Source of the DNA: Candidatus Micrarchaeota archaeon
GTDB lineage: Archaea > Micrarchaeota > Micrarchaeia > Micrarchaeales > CABMGC01
DNA: 64,000 bases
Direction of reading: 5' to 3'
NCBI GenBank assembly: GCA_021848025.1
Contig: JAJZND010000015.1
Location: 9,310-73,309, forward strand
The number at the start of each line of letters is the position of its first letter. The stretch's first letter is position 1. Below the pieces are notes generated by a model. It saw nothing but the letters and a program-made list of their open reading frames with translations. It was not told the origin of the DNA and made no database searches. Shown piece by piece: positions 59,553 through 64,000 of the stretch. The translations under genes and the position numbers were made by a program.

Positions 59553-59840
59553 ATGAAATTGCCTCATCTTTCCAGCACATCAAAATCAAGCCAAATATGG
59601 ATTATTATATCAGCTATCCCAATACAAATCGGTAGCATAATAAGCATGTTGTATGTACTCTCTTCGGATAATAAGAATAAGGCATTTGCCCTACTGTTTT
59701 TAATCCCTATAATAGGCCCCATAATAGCATATGTTTTGACAGAGCAAAAGGATAAGTACATATCCAGTATGGCAGGTTGGGTCTTTATAGGCCAGATATT
59801 AAGTTACATACTGCTAGATGTGTTTATTGCACTTTATTGA
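59553..59840 (+). CDS. small membrane protein
   Basis: 95 aa with about 3 hydrophobic helices. Starts 4 nt after the upstream gene. Confidence 0.4.
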   Translation: MKLPHLSSTSKSSQIWIIISAIPIQIGSIISMLYVLSSDNKNKAFALLFLIPIIGPIIAYVLTEQKDKYISSMAGWVFIGQILSYILLDVFIALY

Positions 59841-59960
59841 AAGTAATGGAATACACCGTAAGGGAATGCGAACTAGAACAGATCGTTCAAAGCCCAAGAT
59901 GCGCTCTAGGCATATCCCGACATGGGGGATTTTTATATTTTTATTTTTTAATACCTATAG

Positions 59961-60332
59961 GTGCTAAATGTGGTGGATTCAAATACAACAAAGAAATTAC
60001 TTGACAAATATTACGATTTTCTTCGTAAGAAAGAGGATTGGGATTCTCTTTTATCTGATGATTTCTTGCTGACTGGAACTGGGATTAAGGAGAGTAGAGG
60101 TCGGGAAGCTTATAAAGGCAACAATTTCTTTAGGTGCGTATTGGACTTGAAGGTTAAGACTATGATAATAGATGGTGACAGCGCATGTGCAGTAGTGAAC
60201 TACGATTTGATGTCTCCAAAAGGAAATAAATTTAATGTAGATATAGCCGAAATCTGGAAAGTCAGAGGAGGTAAGCTTGCCTCTATAGTAGTATACTTTG
60301 ACACTGTATACTTCCAGAAGATGATGTCCTAA
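59961..60332 (+). CDS. NTF2-like (SnoaL-type) domain protein
   Basis: 123 aa with a GTG start. KKLLDKYYDFLRKKEDWDSLLSDDF...IAEIWKVRGGKLASIVVYFD pattern. Confidence 0.55.
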   Translation: MLNVVDSNTTKKLLDKYYDFLRKKEDWDSLLSDDFLLTGTGIKESRGREAYKGNNFFRCVLDLKVKTMIIDGDSACAVVNYDLMSPKGNKFNVDIAEIWKVRGGKLASIVVYFDTVYFQKMMS

Positions 60333-60343
60333 GCAGGATCTTG

Positions 60344-60366
60344 CCTGAAGCGCATCGCCCGGAGCA
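60344..60366. repeat. T-repeat copy 3 (CCTGAAGCGCATCGCCCGGAGCA)
   Basis: Begins 12 nt after the NTF2-like stop and is directly fused to an R-like segment. Confidence 0.85.
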
Positions 60367-60379
60367 CAACCTGTGCTAC

Positions 60380-60415
60380 AGGCACGTCTCTGACAAGGGG
60401 GGGGGGGTTTAAATA
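60380..60415. repeat. R-like segment, G11 tract and TTTAAATA box
   Basis: AGGCACGTCTCTGACAA, then G x11 (60397-60407), then TTTAAATA. The ORF start at 60438 follows. Confidence 0.6.
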
Positions 60416-60437
60416 ACTCCAGATTAATGGTTAAATT

Positions 60438-60905
60438 GTGAGTTATATGGCTGGTCAGGACTATACGATTACGATTTCGGTAGATAAAAGTCCAGAAGAG
60501 GTCTTTAGGGCCATCAACAATGTTCGGGGATGGTGGTCCGGAGAGGTCACTGGGAGAACAGATAAGCTTGGAGCTGTATGGGAGTACCGCTACAAGGACA
60601 TGCACCGTTCAAAACAAAAGATAACAAAACTTATCCCAGGCAAAAAAGTAGTATGGCACGTGGTGGACAGCTATCTCAGTTTTATAAAAGATAAAGAAGA
60701 ATGGAACGGTACGGATGTTGTATTTGATATAACCAAGAAGGGCGATAAAACGGAATTGCGTTTCACACACGTTGGCCTGGCTCCAAAAATCGAATGCTAC
60801 AATGCTTGTTCAGACGCATGGCGCTTTTATATAAAAAATAGTCTACGTAATCTGATAATGAAGGGTAAAAGGCAGCCAAACCCTAGAGAAAAGAAGGCAA
60901 AGTGA
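60438..60905 (+). CDS. SRPBCC-superfamily protein (AHSA1/START-like)
   Basis: 155 aa. ITISVDKSPEEVFRAINNVRGWW...VVWHV...TELRFTHVGL pattern. Confidence 0.7.
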   Translation: MSYMAGQDYTITISVDKSPEEVFRAINNVRGWWSGEVTGRTDKLGAVWEYRYKDMHRSKQKITKLIPGKKVVWHVVDSYLSFIKDKEEWNGTDVVFDITKKGDKTELRFTHVGLAPKIECYNACSDAWRFYIKNSLRNLIMKGKRQPNPREKKAK

Positions 60906-60933
60906 GTTGAAGTAGCACTTGACGGCCATCGAC

Positions 60934-60969
60934 TGATGCACAAGGTGCGCGTCAGGCACATCTCAGGCA
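60934..60969. repeat. R-repeat copy (GATGCACAAGGTGCGCGTCAGGCACATCTCAGGCAA)
   Basis: Best-preserved copy. It is followed not by a TATA box but by the 3' end of the inverted MazF module. Confidence 0.8.
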
Positions 60970-60993
60970 ATCGGTTTGCATCGGATATGCTAC

Positions 60994-61308
60994 CTAACCT
61001 TTCAACGATCCGAGTTTCTTAACGAAGTCCTCAAAAACAAGATGTTTCTTCTCGGGACTTAATTGGTAGACTGTTTTTATTATTGCACCATCTGTGATTG
61101 TGAATATATAATTCAACTTTATAACGCTGTCCTGAGCTGCTCCCTCGCTTGTAGAGATGCGTATCCCTTTCATCTTAAGGTTTGTAGTTATCCCGGCTAT
61201 GACTATGTTGCCTAGCTCCTCGAATAGCACCAATGCGGGTCTGATCTTTGAGCCTTCGCTATCTGCAAATTGTACCCTTGTTATTACCACATCTCCGGCT
61301 TTAGGCAT
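60994..61308 (-). CDS. mazF: PemK/MazF-like toxin
   Basis: 104 aa. PKAGDVVITRVQFADSEGSKIRPALVL...AGITTN pattern. 8-nt overlap with the upstream small gene. Confidence 0.7.
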   Translation of the reverse strand: MPKAGDVVITRVQFADSEGSKIRPALVLFEELGNIVIAGITTNLKMKGIRISTSEGAAQDSVIKLNYIFTITDGAIIKTVYQLSPEKKHLVFEDFVKKLGSLKG

Positions 61309-61522
61309 GCTCCCACGCCGAGTAATCGCCTTCCCCCCATAGCTCTTTCATCTTGGTCTTCTGGGCTTCCTGAACAAACTTATCGAACTCTTTCATCTCC
61401 TTGGCGCTTTCTATAAGACCTAAGATTATCTCACTATAAGTCTCTCTGGGGTATTTCTTGATCTGCTTCAGTGCCTTAACCACTGACTTGCTTAGTTGTA
61501 TTGTAGTTATTTCCTCAGACAT
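61301..61522 (-). CDS. putative antitoxin (RHH/DUF217-like)
   Basis: 73 aa. TTIQLSKSVVKALKQIKKYPRETYSEIILGLI resembles archaeal VapB/DUF217-type antitoxins. Confidence 0.55.
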   Translation of the reverse strand: MSEEITTIQLSKSVVKALKQIKKYPRETYSEIILGLIESAKEMKEFDKFVQEAQKTKMKELWGEGDYSAWEHA

Positions 61523-61539
61523 TATATAACACCTATAGT

Positions 61540-61556
61540 TAGTATATAATATACTA
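61540..61556. promoter_or_regulatory. 17-bp perfect palindrome TAGTATAT-A-ATATACTA upstream of the antitoxin-toxin operon
   Basis: Lies 18-34 nt upstream of the antitoxin ATG. AT-rich, so it could be both the TATA region and an autoregulatory operator. Confidence 0.4.
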
Positions 61557-61625
61557 TATATTTAAGCCTTTGCATTGGTGTTACTGAGGACTACATTGGG
61601 CAATGAACCATCCTTGATTCGCACC

Positions 61626-61665
61626 GAGCGCAAGATGTGTGAGGCACATCCCCATATCTATAAAT
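61626..61665. repeat. R-repeat copy plus TATAAAT box
   Basis: GAGCGCAAGATGTGTGAGGCACATCCCCA...CTATAAAT. Shares the 13-mer AGGCACATCCCCA with the copy at 63497. Confidence 0.7.
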
Positions 61666-61728
61666 GAAAACTTGTAAGCAATTATCGGCGAGCATACGAG
61701 AAGCTCAGAGAAGGGTCTTATCGCAAAA

Positions 61729-62135
61729 GTGCAAATTGAGATTAATGCATCTATAGAGAGAGTTTGGGACGCTCTAATTGACCCAAAAGCAATCAAACAG
61801 TACATGCTTGGTGCTGATGCAGTATCGGAATGGAAGGAGGGTAGCCCCATCATATGGAGAGAGGAACGAAACGGCAGAAAATATGAGGATAAAGGAAAGA
61901 TACTAAAGCTAGCTCCTAGACACCTCAGTAGATACGGCCATTTCAGCCCACTAACAGGATTACCTGATGCTCCTTAAAATTACCATATAGTCACTGTGGA
62001 ATTGGCCGCCAGAGGATCACACATTAGTGTCTCTGTCCCAAACAAATAACCATACTCGAGAGGCACTGCAGCACAATGAGCAAGGATGAAAATGATGCTT
62101 GATGGGCTTAAGAAGTATCTGGAGCAGAACCTGAA
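61729..62135 (+). pseudogene. SRPBCC-superfamily pseudogene (in-frame TAA plus two frame changes)
   Basis: ...IERVWDALIDPKAIKQY...LTGLPDAP-TAA(61975)-NYHIVTVELAARGSHISVS / frame change near 62035 / SQTNNHTREALQHNEQG / frame change near 62087 / KMMLDGLKKYLEQN. Confidence 0.7.
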
Positions 62136-62153
62136 GCGCATCGCCCGAAGCAG
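62121..62153. repeat. T-repeat copy 4, continuous with the tRNA-Asn fragment
   Basis: GGAGCAGAACCTGAAGCGCATCGCCCGAAGCAG. Positions 62142-62153 are the last 12 nt of the tRNA (minus strand). Confidence 0.9.
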
Positions 62154-62196
62154 GGATCGAACCTGCGACTTCATGGTTAACAGCCACGCACTCTAC
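62142..62196 (-). pseudogene. 5'-truncated tRNA-Asn (GTT): 3' 55 nt only (candidate att site)
   Basis: Minus strand: GTAGAGTG-CGTGG-CTGTTAA-CCATG-AAGTC-GCAGG-TTCGATC-CCTGC-TTCGGGC-G. The 5' acceptor strand GCCCGAA is not present upstream. Confidence 0.75.
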
Positions 62197-62780
62197 TGTT
62201 TAAGTTCTTGAAGAACCCTCAGTTTTGTTTTCTTATTATAATGTTTAAGATATGACGTAAGTTTTTCCTTGTCTATCCTGCGCCTTAGTGCTTTTAGAAC
62301 GTCCCTGCGCAGATAGTGATTAAAGTAGATAAAGTCTATAAATGTCTTCTCATAGTCTGACACAGGTATCCATAACCCTCCACTTTGTACAGAATCATAA
62401 CCGAAAAACAGATCTCTGCGTATGTGAAGTACGCTGTAGTTGCTTCCCCCGAACTTCCTAATCCCGCGCCTCACATTATTTGGGGTTATTATTATTGGAT
62501 TGGTACCTTGCTCCCACAAGCCCCTGATGGTGAGCGCATTCTCTAGGCCATAATAAAAGGGTCGAAAAGCAAAACCTACTACAGTTATCTCATCATGGAA
62601 TGTATAAACACCCCTACTTATCCTTAATATTTCCCCACTGCTGATCAGGTAGTTTATCAGCCTCTTGAGATAGGCAGAACTTATGCCTTTCAGACCCAGA
62701 ACTGCCTTTAGCTCATGAATTGTAAAGATTGGGGATTTTAGATCATTGAAATGGCTTCTTATATAGCCTACGTATTTCAT
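62193..62780 (-). CDS. abiEi: AbiEi-like antitoxin / wHTH regulator
   Basis: 195 aa. N-terminal wHTH with LISSGEILRISRGVYTF (the RG-x-Y hallmark). Overlaps the upstream nucleotidyltransferase gene by 4 nt. Confidence 0.7.
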   Translation of the reverse strand: MKYVGYIRSHFNDLKSPIFTIHELKAVLGLKGISSAYLKRLINYLISSGEILRISRGVYTFHDEITVVGFAFRPFYYGLENALTIRGLWEQGTNPIIITPNNVRRGIRKFGGSNYSVLHIRRDLFFGYDSVQSGGLWIPVSDYEKTFIDFIYFNHYLRRDVLKALRRRIDKEKLTSYLKHYNKKTKLRVLQELKQ

Positions 62781-63433
62781 GACAGCCTACCTCTTATTTG
62801 CATAAGCATTGACTGGAGAGATGGAACAGGACCATCGTATATTAGAGAAGCAAGATCTTCCTCATTTACAGGTGGAGGTATTTTATTCAGGAAGTCAGAT
62901 ACTTCCTTTGCTATCTTCTCATCTCTTTCTATATAGCTGCTCAATATGTATATGTCATAAATATCACGTATGAAGCGCCTGTCTCTATAAGCTGCAATCT
63001 TTTCTGCAAGCAGATCATTTGCAGGTATGGAGATAATATCGCTATATGTCCCATCCACTCTTTCGAAGCGCATAGCTATTGGTTTCAGTTCCTTTGCAAA
63101 ATGGCTTATCTCAACTTTTAGGTATGTGTCACCCAAAGAAAACCCTATAAACATAAGATTTCCAGTGTCTTTTACCTTTTCTAGTTTAATACCCTGCTCT
63201 TCTGCGGCCGATTTCAGTTTATCTCTAGTATCTTTCAGGCTTATTTTAGAATCCAGATAGGCATCTATGTCATTAGAGAATCGGTTTCCTGCAAAGCATC
63301 TCCAGATCACAGTACCCCCATGCAGGACCATGTTGCTGTAGGACCTATACAGGATATCTACTGCGTAATCTTGGAATGTTGCAATTTCCAGATATTCTCT
63401 TTTCTTTAATCTTTTTATTATAGGAAGGCGCAA
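62777..63433 (-). CDS. abiEii: AbiEii/DUF1814 nucleotidyltransferase toxin
   Basis: 218 aa. LHGGTVIWRCFAGNRFSNDIDAYL matches the GG-x...R-x-S-x-DID nucleotidyltransferase motif of the family. Confidence 0.75.
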   Translation of the reverse strand: MRLPIIKRLKKREYLEIATFQDYAVDILYRSYSNMVLHGGTVIWRCFAGNRFSNDIDAYLDSKISLKDTRDKLKSAAEEQGIKLEKVKDTGNLMFIGFSLGDTYLKVEISHFAKELKPIAMRFERVDGTYSDIISIPANDLLAEKIAAYRDRRFIRDIYDIYILSSYIERDEKIAKEVSDFLNKIPPPVNEEDLASLIYDGPVPSLQSMLMQIRGRLS

Positions 63434-63438
63434 TTAAT

Positions 63439-63470
63439 TACCAAAGTTACATTATAATGTAACTTTGGTA
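63439..63470. promoter_or_regulatory. 32-bp perfect palindrome TACCAAAGTTACATTATAATGTAACTTTGGTA upstream of the abiE operon
   Basis: Its reverse complement equals itself (checked base by base). It begins 6 nt upstream of the abiEii ATG. Confidence 0.6.
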
Positions 63471-63496
63471 TTTTTATATCTATCTGACAGCCCTCC

Positions 63497-63546
63497 GGAG
63501 TGCAAGATGGGCGTCAGGCACATCCCCAACAAGGAGGATTTAAATA
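63497..63546. repeat. R-repeat copy plus TTTAAATA box
   Basis: GGAGTGCAAGATGGGCGTCAGGCACATCCCCAACAAGG...ATTTAAATA. Shares the 14-mer GCGTCAGGCACATC with the copy at 60934. The ORF start at 63580 follows. Confidence 0.8.
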
Positions 63547-63579
63547 ATTTGAATCTTGTATAGCTAAAAAGGTGAGAAT

Positions 63580-64000
63580 ATGCTACAAACCACTCCATTT
63601 CTATTATTTGACGGTGACTGCGCCGAAGCGATGACCTTTTACCACAAATGCTTTGGAGGAGAGCTGACGTTGACAAAACTGGCAGACACGCCTATGAAAA
63701 GCATGTTCCCCCCCAGAAAAGCATAACAGGATCATCAATGCACACATTAAAAATGGGGCGATCGATATATCTGCCACCGACTGGATGGCGGCTCCGCAAT
63801 ATGAACCCATACTTGGAGAGATGTACGCCGTATTTGTTACCGGCAGCTACGATGAAGTGAAAGCAGTATTTGGCAGGCTTGCAGTTGGAGCAGAAAAGGA
63901 TAGGTTTCAGGAACTGCACCAAATGCCGTTTGGCATGTACGGGCAGATGTATGATAAATTCCACAGACACTGGATATTCATGGCCGCCAAAAATAATAAC
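63580..64000 (+). pseudogene. VOC/PhnB-like (glyoxalase-fold) gene with a frame change in a C7 tract; 3' end beyond window
   Basis: MLQTTPFLLFDGDCAEAMTFYHKCFGGELTLTKLADTPMKSMFPP, then the C7 run (63708-63714), then in another frame EKHNRIINAHIKNGAIDISATDW...MPFGMYGQMYDKFHRHWIF. Confidence 0.7.

Larger units (their letters stand above)
58472..64000. mobile_element. tRNA-Asn-associated accessory island (array of integrated-element remnants or cassettes); right boundary beyond window
   Basis: Begins at the first T-repeat, 60 nt after the last core gene. Contains T and R repeat families, a truncated tRNA-Asn, two toxin modules and several decayed genes. No recombinase within the window. Confidence 0.45.

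Noticed and set aside
60051-60605. 184-aa minus-strand ORF
   Set aside because: It runs antisense through the NTF2-like gene, T-repeat 3, the G11 tract and the start of the SRPBCC gene, so it is implausible as a gene.
58472-62153. T-repeats read as a CRISPR array
   Set aside because: There are only four copies with highly irregular spacing (469, 1394 and 1786 nt). The intervals contain ORFs, and no cas genes are present.
58472-63546. T/R repeats read as integron attC sites
   Set aside because: I could not find the paired R''/L''...L'/R' inverted-core structure (RYYYAAC...GTTRRRY). The repeats are conserved in primary sequence rather than in structure, and no IntI-like gene is in the window. 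This reading is kept only as an analogy in the main finding.

Overview
Densely coded archaeal chromosomal window. From 1 to 58.4 kb it carries core genes: dph5 (partial)-radA; PAC2-aIF2alpha-L44e-GINS-like; initiator tRNA-Met, TFE, tRNA-Lys; gyrB-gyrA; an Lhr-type helicase; tuf-S10; RNase P proteins Rpp30/Pop5; an SSB; a complete DapL-type lysine cluster (two tandem aspartokinases, asd, dapA, dapB, dapL, lysA); a beta-CASP RNase; ADP-forming acetyl-CoA synthetase; mre11; a type IV pilin-like gene; orc1/cdc6 co-transcribed with an Mrp/NBP35 ATPase beside a 780-nt ORF-free region; the proteasome-alpha/SBDS/rrp4-rrp41-rrp42/L37ae/rpoP superoperon, followed by a tRNA-Ala with an insertion in its T-loop; add-guaB-guaA; enolase; and transporters. 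The last 5.5 kb (58.4-64 kb) is different. It is an accessory island of small, partly decayed genes (two SRPBCC, NTF2-like, VOC/PhnB-like, MazF-type and AbiE-type toxin modules). The island is partitioned by two families of short repeats, and one family is physically continuous with a truncated tRNA-Asn; this is the most unusual structure in the window. Four apparent -1 frameshifts (aspartokinase-1, lysA twice, S10 N-terminus) all sit in 2-3 nt homopolymers, so sequencing or assembly error is a serious alternative to pseudogenisation. I recognised no rRNA, CRISPR array, transposase or integrase. The lineage looks like a gyrase-bearing, compact-genome archaeon (Thermoplasmata-like or DPANN/Micrarchaeota-like), which cannot be settled without a database search. 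All calls rest on reading the ORF translations and the nucleotide sequence by eye; no search or folding program was run.
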